Notes under the pieces: generated by a model | What the model saw: only the letters and a program-made list of their open reading frames with translations | The model's database searches: none | What the model was told of the DNA's origin: nothing | Shown here: positions 28,481-37,630 of the stretch, piece after piece | How the letters are laid out: every line of letters begins with the position of its first letter | Numbering within the stretch: the first letter of the stretch is position 1 | Source of the DNA: Bdellovibrionales bacterium | GTDB taxonomy: Bacteria > Myxococcota > XYA12-FULL-58-9 > SYDY01 | Assembly (NCBI GenBank): GCA_005801425.1 | Contig: SYDY01000121.1 | Coordinates: 19,722-83,721 of the forward strand | Reading direction: 5' to 3' | DNA length: 64,000 bases | Position numbers and translations under genes: made by a program

Positions 28481-31051
28481 CTAAGGCTTACATTGCCCTA
28501 CTGTCACCTGAACCATGCGCTCGGGTGAAAAATACGTCTTGGCGACCCGCTGCACATCGGCAGCCGTAACCGCTTGGATGGCGGCAGGATAGCCGGTGAA
28601 ATGATCGTAGCCAAGACCCACGCTCTCACACAACGCCATAGAAGAAGCGCGCGATCCCGTGCGCTGCAACTGCACCGTATGGTTGCCTGCCAAATAACGC
28701 TTGGCGCGGTTGAGTTCGTCGTCAGGAATAAGCGTGTTGATTACCTGGGTCATATGTCCACGCAATCCTGCAAGTGCCGCATCGACTTTTTCAGGCGATG
28801 TACCGATGTACAAATACACCTGGCCGGGATGCACACCTTCTACACTGCTCGCCGCCAAACTGTACGCAAGGCTTTGTTTGTCGCGGAGATCTAAAAACAA
28901 TCGTCCACCCTGCCCCGATAATACGCTGGTTAACACATCGATGGCATAACGATCGGGATCTTTCAGCGTCGTCCCTAGACCGCCCAGCACCACATGAACC
29001 TGGGCTTTATCGAGTTTTTCGTGAAGCGTAAGCGCTTTCGCGGGCGGCGTGGGCAATGCCGGTTGTGTGAAGCCCTGTCCTTCACAATGCAGATCGAGCA
29101 ATCCCATAAGAAGTTGGTCGATCTGTGTTTTTGTAAAACCACCTGTGGCCACCACCACAAGATTTTCGCGATGCATAAGACGACGCCAATGATCGCGAAT
29201 ATGATCAGGTGTTGCGCTCGCAATCACCGCAGGATCGCCGATGCTATGAAATCCATAAGGATGTGAACCGTACAACGCATTGGCAAACATATCGAATGCA
29301 ATGCTTGAGGGTTGATCGCGACGCGACTCAATGGCCGCAAGGGCTTGGCGTTTTTCACGCTCAACATCATCAAGGGCAAACGACGGAAGTCCTAAATTGG
29401 CCAAAAAGAGTTCAACGGCAACCGATGCGGCCTGCGCAGGAAAATCAGCACGCAGTCCCACCGAGTTGCGACCCGCGAAAGCACCAATGCCACCGCCCAA
29501 ACGCTCGCATTCAGAAGCCAATCGCTCGGCTGGCCATCCTTCGGCAGCAAGCCCCCAAATAGACGACAACAATGTGCCATATCCATTGGTGGCCGATGAT
29601 TCGGCCAACTGACCGCCTGGCACGACAGCACGAAGCGCCACCATGGGGCAATCAGACTCCATGCGAACCAATAAAGTACCGCCGCCTGGCAAGCGCAAAC
29701 GATCGGTGGCGTAAGAGCCACGCGTGGCCGAAGTCATGTCATGCTTGGCAGGTATGGGCGCAAGCTTCGCTGTCAGGGCATCGATGCGAGACACTTCAGG
29801 AATATTGGCATCGTCTTTGGGCCACTGCAGAACCGTATGAGGCTTTGAAGTCAAATAGCGTTTGGCCACGGCGTGAAGATCAGCCGGTGTTAATTGACGC
29901 AAACGTTCGAGATAAACCTCTTCATAGGCATAATCACCTGCGACCACCTGATAAAACCCACGCTTGCGTGCCTGTCCTTGCACCGCTTCGCGCTGATGAG
30001 CCGCTTGGGCCAAGGTCATGCCACGCACACGATCAAGCTCTTCTTGACTTGGTGGGAGATCAAACACCCGCTGCATTTCGCACGCCACACTTTCGAAAAA
30101 TGCAGGTACATGCTCCGCAGAAAGTTCACCACCGACCACAAATAATCCGCGATCCTGCGGCGTATAGGCATAGCCATAGACCGAGTGCACCAATTCTTCT
30201 TCACGGTACAATTTGACATGCAAGCGCGAGGCTTCGCCGTCGCCCAGAATACTGCCAAGCATATCAAGAGCCGCAACATCGTCATGCATCGCGCCTGGGA
30301 TGGTCCATGAACACATGATGCGTGCATGGGGCGTATCATCGCTGCGCACAATCACGCGCGATTGTTCTGTTTTGGATTGCATCGTACGCGGTGGTTTTTC
30401 CCATGCCGCAATATCAGTCCAATCGCCGAGATGTTTTTCGATATGCCCACGTACGTCTGATTCAGACACATCGCCCGCAATCACCACCGTGACATTGCTT
30501 GGACGATAAAATTTTCGATAAAATCGCAAGATCTCATCGCGCGACATAGCCGATACGGACGCTGTCGTCCCTAGCACAGGAAGCGCGTACGGATGGCCAT
30601 TGAACACCTGCCCAAAGGCGCTATGAAAAACCTGACGACTTGGATTGTCGGTGTCACGATTGATTTCTTCGAGAACCACTTCACGCTCACGCGCAAGCTC
30701 TTCAGGATCAAACGCTGAATGGCGAAGGGCATCGGACAACACATCGATGCCAAGTCCCACTTCAGAGGCAGGAAGCACCACGTGGTACATGGTTTGATCG
30801 TGGGACGTCCATGCATTGATATCGCCGCCTACGCCTTCGACAGATTGCGCGATTTCTCCCACGCCTCGGCGCGATGTTCCCTTAAAAAGCATGTGTTCGT
30901 GCAAATGGGCCACACCACGGCATGCGTCATCTTCATCGGCCGCGCCTGCATTGACCCATGCTTGCACCGCAACGACGGGTGCATGATGCATGGGTTCGAT
31001 GAGCACTGTTAAACCGTTATTCAGCGTGTATCGGATCACCGATTCAGACAT
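28481..31051 (-). CDS. M16-family zinc metalloprotease (two fused insulinase-like halves, PqqL-like)
   Basis: HxxEH zinc motif (AHLHEHMLFKGT) near the N-terminus. 856 aa, consistent with an M16 pair (active plus inactive domains). Confidence 0.8.
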   Translation of the reverse strand: MSESVIRYTLNNGLTVLIEPMHHAPVVAVQAWVNAGAADEDDACRGVAHLHEHMLFKGTSRRGVGEIAQSVEGVGGDINAWTSHDQTMYHVVLPASEVGLGIDVLSDALRHSAFDPEELAREREVVLEEINRDTDNPSRQVFHSAFGQVFNGHPYALPVLGTTASVSAMSRDEILRFYRKFYRPSNVTVVIAGDVSESDVRGHIEKHLGDWTDIAAWEKPPRTMQSKTEQSRVIVRSDDTPHARIMCSWTIPGAMHDDVAALDMLGSILGDGEASRLHVKLYREEELVHSVYGYAYTPQDRGLFVVGGELSAEHVPAFFESVACEMQRVFDLPPSQEELDRVRGMTLAQAAHQREAVQGQARKRGFYQVVAGDYAYEEVYLERLRQLTPADLHAVAKRYLTSKPHTVLQWPKDDANIPEVSRIDALTAKLAPIPAKHDMTSATRGSYATDRLRLPGGGTLLVRMESDCPMVALRAVVPGGQLAESSATNGYGTLLSSIWGLAAEGWPAERLASECERLGGGIGAFAGRNSVGLRADFPAQAASVAVELFLANLGLPSFALDDVEREKRQALAAIESRRDQPSSIAFDMFANALYGSHPYGFHSIGDPAVIASATPDHIRDHWRRLMHRENLVVVATGGFTKTQIDQLLMGLLDLHCEGQGFTQPALPTPPAKALTLHEKLDKAQVHVVLGGLGTTLKDPDRYAIDVLTSVLSGQGGRLFLDLRDKQSLAYSLAASSVEGVHPGQVYLYIGTSPEKVDAALAGLRGHMTQVINTLIPDDELNRAKRYLAGNHTVQLQRTGSRASSMALCESVGLGYDHFTGYPAAIQAVTAADVQRVAKTYFSPERMVQVTVGQCKP

Positions 31052-31649
31052 CGTTTTTACGTCCTTCTTTATGCCCTAAACCAATCAAGAAAACTTCGGA
31101 TGATTCACTTCGTGTCGCTTTGGGACGCAGTCGCTCAACGCGGTCATAGGTTGCACGCATTTGAAGTATGATCGCTTGAATATCACGTCCTTCAAGCAAC
31201 TTCACCACCACATGGCCGCCTTGACAAAGAACGCGATCGGCAAGCCACAGCGCCTGTTCCGCAAGTCCTGCGGAACGCGCCGTATCGGTGTCGCGATGGC
31301 CCGTCGTTGAGGGCGCCATATCTGAGAGCACCACGTTGTAGGATTTTACGTCGATGAGTCCCGAGCTACAATCGTAAATGTCTGCCACACGCGTTTCGGC
31401 ATACCCAGGCACACTGATGGACACTGGCTTTAAATCGACACCAAGAACATAGCCTGAAGGCCCCACTTCATTGGCGGCATAGGTTGTCCAAGAACCTGGA
31501 GAACAACCCAAATCCAAAACACGATCACCGCGTTTGAAAAGTTTCCAACGTTTGTCGATTTCCTCAAGCTTGTACACAGAGCGTGCCGCATAGCCTTCGG
31601 CTTTGGCGCGCTTGCTAAAATGATCCAGTTGATCGCGGGACGTGGCCAT
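31044..31649 (-). CDS. rlmE: 23S rRNA (uridine2552-2'-O)-methyltransferase
   Basis: FtsJ/RrmJ motifs: RSVYKLEEIDKRWKLFKRGDRVLDLGCSPGSWT, VLSDMAP. Confidence 0.85.
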   Translation of the reverse strand: MATSRDQLDHFSKRAKAEGYAARSVYKLEEIDKRWKLFKRGDRVLDLGCSPGSWTTYAANEVGPSGYVLGVDLKPVSISVPGYAETRVADIYDCSSGLIDVKSYNVVLSDMAPSTTGHRDTDTARSAGLAEQALWLADRVLCQGGHVVVKLLEGRDIQAIILQMRATYDRVERLRPKATRSESSEVFLIGLGHKEGRKNDV

Positions 31650-31670
31650 GGGGCTACGTACCTTAAGGGA

Positions 31671-32507
31671 TCAGAGGCGTCCAGGTTCTAGCGCTTCGGC
31701 GAAGCGCTGCCAGGTTGCCATATCGAGGGTTTCAGGACGAAGGCGTGGATCAATGCCCGCCGCATCCAGCGCTCCGACAGCTTCCGGCCAGGACCCAAGG
31801 CCAGCGCGCAATGTTTTGCGACGATGTTGGAAAGCCAGTTTGGCCACACGAACCAATGCAGCATCGGCCGCATCAGAAATGGCCAAAGGACGGGCCACAA
31901 GCTTGACCACCGCCGAATGGATTTTGGGCGCAGGATGAAACGAGCCAGGAGAAACCTTCCGATAGAGCTGCACATCAAACGTGCGTTGCATCAGCACCGA
32001 AAGCAATCCGAAGGTTTTACTCCCAGGAGCAGCCACCATGCGTTGAACCACTTCACGTTGCAGCATCAACAAGGCGCATCCAACATCGCCACGCATATCG
32101 GCCAAATTCACCGAAATACGACCACCGATTTGATAGGGCAAATTGCCAACCACGGTCATCGGCCCCTGGATCCCATGTTCACGTGCGATGGCGCGGTAAT
32201 CAAGATGCCCAGCGTCTGCCGCAAGCAGTGTAAAACCCGGATACTCAGCAAAACGTGCACGAAGCACGTGCTGCATATCAGGATCACGTTCAACTGCTAT
32301 CACCCGAAATCCCGCATCAAGCATCGGTGCGGTGAGCGCACCCAAACCTGAACCCAATTCAATCACGGGCTCTGATGACATGGGAATGCCACGCACAATA
32401 TCGTTCAGCACACGTTCGTCGATGAGAAAATTTTGTCCCCAGCTTTTTTTGGCTTCCAAACCGTGTTCATGCAAAAGCGCTTGGGGTGTTGGGTATTGTC
32501 TGCTCAC
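31671..32507 (-). CDS. rsmA: 16S rRNA (adenine1518/1519-N6)-dimethyltransferase
   Basis: KsgA motifs KSWGQNFLID, VIELGSGLGALT and VVGNLPYQI. Confidence 0.9.
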   Translation of the reverse strand: MSRQYPTPQALLHEHGLEAKKSWGQNFLIDERVLNDIVRGIPMSSEPVIELGSGLGALTAPMLDAGFRVIAVERDPDMQHVLRARFAEYPGFTLLAADAGHLDYRAIAREHGIQGPMTVVGNLPYQIGGRISVNLADMRGDVGCALLMLQREVVQRMVAAPGSKTFGLLSVLMQRTFDVQLYRKVSPGSFHPAPKIHSAVVKLVARPLAISDAADAALVRVAKLAFQHRRKTLRAGLGSWPEAVGALDAAGIDPRLRPETLDMATWQRFAEALEPGRL

Positions 32508-33532
32508 GCGCGACGTCCTTTGATGCGCGGATCGCGCGGTAATGGAGGCGCCAAGGGCCAGCGCGAACGAATAGGGACATCCATGGGACTTTGTTCACCA
32601 CGTTCTAAACGCTGCAAACCGGCCATGGCTATCATGGCGGCATTGTCGGTGCATAAGGCTTTAGGTGGCGCAAAACCGCGTATGCCGGAAGCTGCACAAC
32701 GTTCATCGAGAAGAGATCGCAAACGACTGTTCGCCGCAACGCCGCCCGCAAGCACAATCGTTTTAACACCATACTCTTTTGCAGCACGCATGGTTTTGTG
32801 AACAAGCACATCGGCGATGGCTTCTTGCAACGACGCACAAAAATCGCGCAACGCATCGCCCGATAAACTATGGGTCGCAAGATAGTTCGCCGCCGACGTT
32901 TTTAAACCCGAAAAAGAAAACTCATAACTCGGATGAAATTTGAGGCCTCTCGGCAATTCTACCGCATGAGGATTGCCCCCCACTGCCGTGCGATCAATGC
33001 ACACGCCACCAGGGTAGCCAAGTCCTAAAAGTTTGGCGACTTTGTCGAATGCTTCACCCGCCGCATCATCGCGGGTTCCACCCAGCAAGGTGTAATCGCC
33101 CCATGCACGTGCAAGGTACAAATGCGTGTGACCGCCGCTCACCACAAGCACAATTTGTGGGAAAGGCGGTGCCTCAGGTGCAAGCAACGCCGCAGCCAAA
33201 TGTCCTTCAAGATGATTGATGCCTATAAACGGAATGCCACGGGCCAACGCAAATGCCTTCGCAAATTGCGCACCCACCAAAAGCGCACCCAAAAGACCGG
33301 GGCCTATGGTTGCAGCCACAGCGTCCACATGGGACACCTGATCCAAAACGTTCTGCACCACAGGACCGATACGAAGAATATGCTCGCGGGAAGCCACCTC
33401 CGGTACCACACCGCCAAAACGCGCGTGGGTCTCCACCTGGGAAGACACCAGGTTGGCAAGCACGCAAGGCCCCGACGCAACCACGGCGGCTGCCGTTTCA
33501 TCACAGCTTGATTCAATTCCAAGGACGTTCAT
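32504..33532 (-). CDS. tsaD: tRNA N6-adenosine threonylcarbamoyltransferase (Kae1/Gcp family)
   Basis: VLGIESSCDETAAAV, GINHLEGHLAAALL and VVSGGHTHLY. Start chosen at MNVLGIESS; the track start at 33640 is probably too long. Confidence 0.9.
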   Translation of the reverse strand: MNVLGIESSCDETAAAVVASGPCVLANLVSSQVETHARFGGVVPEVASREHILRIGPVVQNVLDQVSHVDAVAATIGPGLLGALLVGAQFAKAFALARGIPFIGINHLEGHLAAALLAPEAPPFPQIVLVVSGGHTHLYLARAWGDYTLLGGTRDDAAGEAFDKVAKLLGLGYPGGVCIDRTAVGGNPHAVELPRGLKFHPSYEFSFSGLKTSAANYLATHSLSGDALRDFCASLQEAIADVLVHKTMRAAKEYGVKTIVLAGGVAANSRLRSLLDERCAASGIRGFAPPKALCTDNAAMIAMAGLQRLERGEQSPMDVPIRSRWPLAPPLPRDPRIKGRRA

Positions 33533-33614
33533 GAAGTGCCCGTGGTAACCGATGCCATTCATAGGTGCAACCCTTACATCGATCACGTTTCTTCGGTGTG
33601 TTAGGTCGGCGACC

Positions 33615-34238
33615 ATGACGCGGGCATTGTTTTTTATCACTCAACTCTTCGTATTGACTGGCACAGCCCATGCTGCCGTACCTATCAAACAAGAACCACG
33701 TCGCTTCAATATTGCAGCCCATGGGGGATTTGCCTTTCATCCAAGCAGCGATCACAACGCACAAGGCTACGGCTTCGATGCCATGTTGCGCTACGACCGC
33801 GGCACATGGTGGGGCGCCGAAGTCGCGCGGATCGGCTGGGCAGGATTTGAATCCATCACCCAAGACCAAAGCGACAACACAACCCGCATTTTCAGTAGCC
33901 AAACCATTTTATTGGGCAGCGCTGCACGGGTTTTTGCGCCTGACCCATTTCGTCAAAAAGCGTGGGGATTTGCACCATGGGCATCCCTAGGCCCTACCCT
34001 ACAGGTGACGATAGAAGGCAAAGGATCGGTTCTACGCCAAGACAGCAATCTGCGCGCCGGAGAAACCTCTCAACGTGTCTTGGCCGGTCTCGCGGCCGAT
34101 GTGGCCTTAGGATTTGATTGGTTTATCGATGACAATGTGGCCCTGGCCGTAGAAAGTCGCATGGGCATGCCGCTCACATCCAGCGCACAGTGGATAGGCT
34201 TCGTGGGTGCGTTTGTGTCGTATAAGTTGGCGAATTAG
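33615..34238 (+). CDS. Putative small outer-membrane beta-barrel protein (OmpW/opacity-like) with signal peptide
   Basis: Signal MTRALFFITQLFVLTGTAHA, then alternating amphipathic strands rich in aromatic and Gly residues. The C-terminus ...VSYKLAN is not a canonical terminal Phe. Confidence 0.5.
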   Translation: MTRALFFITQLFVLTGTAHAAVPIKQEPRRFNIAAHGGFAFHPSSDHNAQGYGFDAMLRYDRGTWWGAEVARIGWAGFESITQDQSDNTTRIFSSQTILLGSAARVFAPDPFRQKAWGFAPWASLGPTLQVTIEGKGSVLRQDSNLRAGETSQRVLAGLAADVALGFDWFIDDNVALAVESRMGMPLTSSAQWIGFVGAFVSYKLAN

Positions 34239-34327
34239 CCTAGAATTACCTTAAAATGCTTCCAAAGCGGCATCGGTTATCAGTAATAATTTCTGTGTGC
34301 CTATTTATTTAATGTCATAATATCCAT

Positions 34328-35338
34328 ATGAGTAGCACAGAAAGACCCACTGGCCGACGTTTCTCGGAATATGACAGATCGACATCAGCCTCACCCGTGC
34401 CAACGGATGAGCAACGCAAAGCCGTTAAAGCTGTTGATGTTCAGGAACCTCAAAAAGGTCCAGTGGCACACGGCCACCCACAGACCCATGGCCGACTTAA
34501 AATATTAGACAAGCCTCGTGACAAAGAACTCCCTAGGCTTGCAGACATAGCAAGTCTCGTTCTGCAGTTGGCAACTCTGCCAAGCACTGGGGAAGATGCC
34601 CCCCATGTTGCTCAAGCCATGCTCTATGAGCTCAAATCTCTTCAAATATATGTCCACAGCAAACAGACCAAGCATGATCCTGTCTATGACAATGCGCTGC
34701 TAGGATTGCTCGGCGGGAAGAACGATGGCAGCAGTCTCTCGAAAGCACTTGAAGCCTTCATCAGTGCCATCGATGCAAAAAGTCCCAACCCGAAGCAAGC
34801 CGAGGCCTATATTCGTGAACATGCTTGCGTGGGATGGGCGCTTCTCTCCGCATCGCAAGGCACCCGTGAACGTGTCATGGCTGCCGCAACCTCAGACAAA
34901 AAGGCAGAAGTTTTAGACCAAATATTAGACAGTATGCACAATGCACAAACCGCAAAACCAGGCACCGATGAATATGAACACGCGAGCGCCCAACTCACAT
35001 CAGCGCTGGCAAACTGGTGCACAACATTCAAAGGCAGAGATGCTGCTGGAATGATGGCTGAACGACTGCAGCGTTTGGCTCCCGGAACCACTCAGTATTC
35101 AACGATCCAGGATGCATGTGTCGGATTTATGAATGCTTGCGTCGTTAAGCATAGTGAAGCCAGCGTTGGACTCGGACAAAAAATGTTTGGAAATGCAGAT
35201 AGACGTGATGCAATTGCAGAAGCCGTTTTGGATCCAGCGCTCAAAGAAAGACAGTTTATGTGGGACACAGGCCCTGGCGTCGATGAACTCTCGAGGCCAG
35301 AGCGCCATCCGGACTGGGACACCACAGCAGATCCTTAA
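34328..35338 (+). CDS. Hypothetical hydrophilic protein (no recognisable domain)
   Basis: 336 aa, no TM or signal, Ser/Thr-rich N-terminus with no acidic residues in the first 12 aa. A very AT-rich region lies upstream (34239-34327). Confidence 0.45.
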   Translation: MSSTERPTGRRFSEYDRSTSASPVPTDEQRKAVKAVDVQEPQKGPVAHGHPQTHGRLKILDKPRDKELPRLADIASLVLQLATLPSTGEDAPHVAQAMLYELKSLQIYVHSKQTKHDPVYDNALLGLLGGKNDGSSLSKALEAFISAIDAKSPNPKQAEAYIREHACVGWALLSASQGTRERVMAAATSDKKAEVLDQILDSMHNAQTAKPGTDEYEHASAQLTSALANWCTTFKGRDAAGMMAERLQRLAPGTTQYSTIQDACVGFMNACVVKHSEASVGLGQKMFGNADRRDAIAEAVLDPALKERQFMWDTGPGVDELSRPERHPDWDTTADP

Positions 35339-35343
35339 AGACT

Positions 35344-35997
35344 CTACCTGCGCACCCGCTGCCCGCGGAATGTATTAATAAAGCCTTTGGACGTTTGAGC
35401 GGGATCGAGACCTAAAACCATGGCCATTTGCTGCACAAAACCACGAACATAAATCTCTGCGGGCAATGCGGAAAACTCGTTGGATTCGATGGCCACAAGA
35501 TGATGCCGGCCTATTTTGGTCAGTTGGGCGATTTGTTCAAGGGAAAGCGATTGCGACTCACGGGTGCTTTTTAGAAAAAAACCATCCACGACAGAAGGCA
35601 GAGGGGTTGGCGCAGGTGCTGCAATGGGTGCTGCTCGTGATTCATTTTTTGTATGGGCAGCCACTGGAGGTTGCTCTTTGATAGGCTCATCAATGCGGGC
35701 ACCTCCGTTTTCGCGAGGTCGATCTTGCTCTGCCCTTGCCGAAGACGTACCTGAAGCGAGGTATCCGTCGTATTCGCAACGCCGCTTTGCATCGCTTAAC
35801 ACCCAAAATGCTTCATCGATTTCGTGTTTGAGTTCTTCGATCTCATGGGGATCATGAATGTTGTAACTGGCCAGGGTCTCAGGGCTTAAAAAACCGCAGA
35901 TCCTGCGGTATGCAACGGTCACTTCCCGATCCGATGCGCGGGAATCGATATCAAGTGTGTCGTAATAAGAACGAGATCTTTTCTGTGCCTGCTTCAT
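35344..35997 (-). CDS. J-domain-like N-terminus fused to a RodZ-like HTH (HTH_25) domain
   Basis: The N-terminus YYDTLDIDSRASDREVTVAYRRICGFL ... resembles a DnaJ J-domain, though the HPD tripeptide is not clear. The C-terminus LSLEQIAQLTKIGRHHLVAIESNEFSALPAEIYVRGFVQQMAMVLGLDP matches the RodZ/XRE HTH. Confidence 0.5.
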   Translation of the reverse strand: MKQAQKRSRSYYDTLDIDSRASDREVTVAYRRICGFLSPETLASYNIHDPHEIEELKHEIDEAFWVLSDAKRRCEYDGYLASGTSSARAEQDRPRENGGARIDEPIKEQPPVAAHTKNESRAAPIAAPAPTPLPSVVDGFFLKSTRESQSLSLEQIAQLTKIGRHHLVAIESNEFSALPAEIYVRGFVQQMAMVLGLDPAQTSKGFINTFRGQRVRR

Positions 35998-36168
35998 GCC
36001 CTACCCAAATCGCTGCAACACAACGAAGTTCGCGTCAATCACGGGAGGACACGAGCGTCAAGCCGAAGTTTCGAAGAACAACCGCTTGCACACCGAAGCC
36101 TGCCATGTGACCGATGCAATTCCCATTATGCTTGAAAGTTTGCAGACACCTAAAAAATATCAAAAACG

Positions 36169-37230
36169 TCAAACATACTCTGCAATGAAATCGAGGATCG
36201 GTGGGTAAACATCTTCAGGTGCATGACGGCCGACCAGCAAATCCACATGACCATAATCAATACGATCACCCATTTTTGTGCCTATTTCGCGCAGTCGAAC
36301 ATCCGAAGATCGTAATCGGCGAGAAAGCGCAACCATGGATGCTGGCGGTACAATGCGATCGATGCTTCCGCTAAGCAAAAGGATCGGCGCGCTGATCTTC
36401 TCCAAATGAAATTCGTGGGCATAGGGACTGCTAAGTGAAGGTTCTCGGATAGCGGTCGCAAGCTCGTGGATCATCTGGAAAGGCACATCATCGATGGATT
36501 CTCGGACAAAACGCGTCACAATTTCTTCGTCCATATTGCTTGGATTAAGTGCAACACCATCGCGTACCCAGGTCGCAAGTGGCATGAACATACGCCCTGC
36601 CATCCCGGAAAGCCGACGCAAGGGCAACACCCCACCAAGACTCTGGGCATCGGCCCAGCGCATGGCCAAATCAAGAAACTGCTGCTCCTTAAGTCCCAAT
36701 GGAAGGTAGCCTAAGAGCGGTGTACCCACCGCGACAATCCCTTTGAAAAAATTTTTGTCGCAACGCACCGCTGATGCGAGAAGCAACATGCCTCCCATGG
36801 AATGACCGACACCAAAAACACGATCACAACCCGCATGTTGACGGATAGCCGCAAAAACTGCCGGCAGATCATGTTCAAGATACGAGAGAAATCCCCAAGA
36901 GTCGGAAACTGAAGAGGCTGTTTCCTTCATGGGCCTGCTTAAGCCTGCACCACGCAGCTCCACGATATAAACCGGATATCCCCGTGCAGCCGCTGCGCGG
37001 GCGAGAGAATATCGGGAAGAAAGATCAAAATGCAGTCGATTCCCACCAAGGCCATGCAGCATGACAATAGGCTCTGATGTCACCGATATTGCCGGATGTA
37101 ATACATGAACAGCCAGCAACCAAGACCGTTCCACAGGCACAGTGAAGGTTTCGCTATGCAATGCGCTCAAATCCCCATCACCTTTCTGAATACCTAAGAT
37201 ATGGTGCAGAGAAGAACGCGCTACAAGCAA
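36169..37230 (-). CDS. Alpha/beta-hydrolase fold protein
   Basis: Nucleophile elbow GHSMGG with an HG oxyanion motif (MLHGLGGN). Confidence 0.7.
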   Translation of the reverse strand: MLVARSSLHHILGIQKGDGDLSALHSETFTVPVERSWLLAVHVLHPAISVTSEPIVMLHGLGGNRLHFDLSSRYSLARAAAARGYPVYIVELRGAGLSRPMKETASSVSDSWGFLSYLEHDLPAVFAAIRQHAGCDRVFGVGHSMGGMLLLASAVRCDKNFFKGIVAVGTPLLGYLPLGLKEQQFLDLAMRWADAQSLGGVLPLRRLSGMAGRMFMPLATWVRDGVALNPSNMDEEIVTRFVRESIDDVPFQMIHELATAIREPSLSSPYAHEFHLEKISAPILLLSGSIDRIVPPASMVALSRRLRSSDVRLREIGTKMGDRIDYGHVDLLVGRHAPEDVYPPILDFIAEYV

Positions 37231-37387
37231 TTATTTGACATGGTGCATCATGACTTTTATCCTGTGGCCGCTTTCTTGGTGATCCGAAGAATGGGGGCTG
37301 AAAATGAGAGAACAGATTCTTCTGACAATCAATTCACGGTCAGTCCGACGCGAATGGGTTGCAGGAACCTGGGAAAGCCTTGGAGTT

Positions 37388-37594
37388 ATGAAACATAAGA
37401 AGCCTAATAATCCCTCTTTAAATCCTCACGAAGAAAAAGTTCTTCATCTGCGAGGGCAACTTGAAGTCGATGACGATTGTGCCTTGGAGCTCGCATCCAA
37501 CGACCCCATGGTGATGCAACGCCTCCTCGCTATTGAAGCCAATATTATTGCTGCCGCACGAGCACGGGCCGCGATCAAGGACGATGAAGATTGA
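37388..37594 (+). CDS. Small hypothetical protein (68 aa) immediately upstream of recJ
   Basis: ATG at 37388 after GGAG. Acidic C-terminus ...AAARARAAIKDDED. Weak support. Confidence 0.3.
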   Translation: MKHKKPNNPSLNPHEEKVLHLRGQLEVDDDCALELASNDPMVMQRLLAIEANIIAAARARAAIKDDED

Positions 37595-37630
37595 TTGTAT
37601 ATTAAGAGAACGCAGGCTAATGGCCAACGC

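Noticed and set aside
29572-30216. 214-aa plus-strand ORF (also 19041-19820 and 12704-13425 plus-strand ORFs)
   Set aside because: Antisense to the M16 peptidase, to mutY/ABC ATPase and to lat respectively. No motifs.
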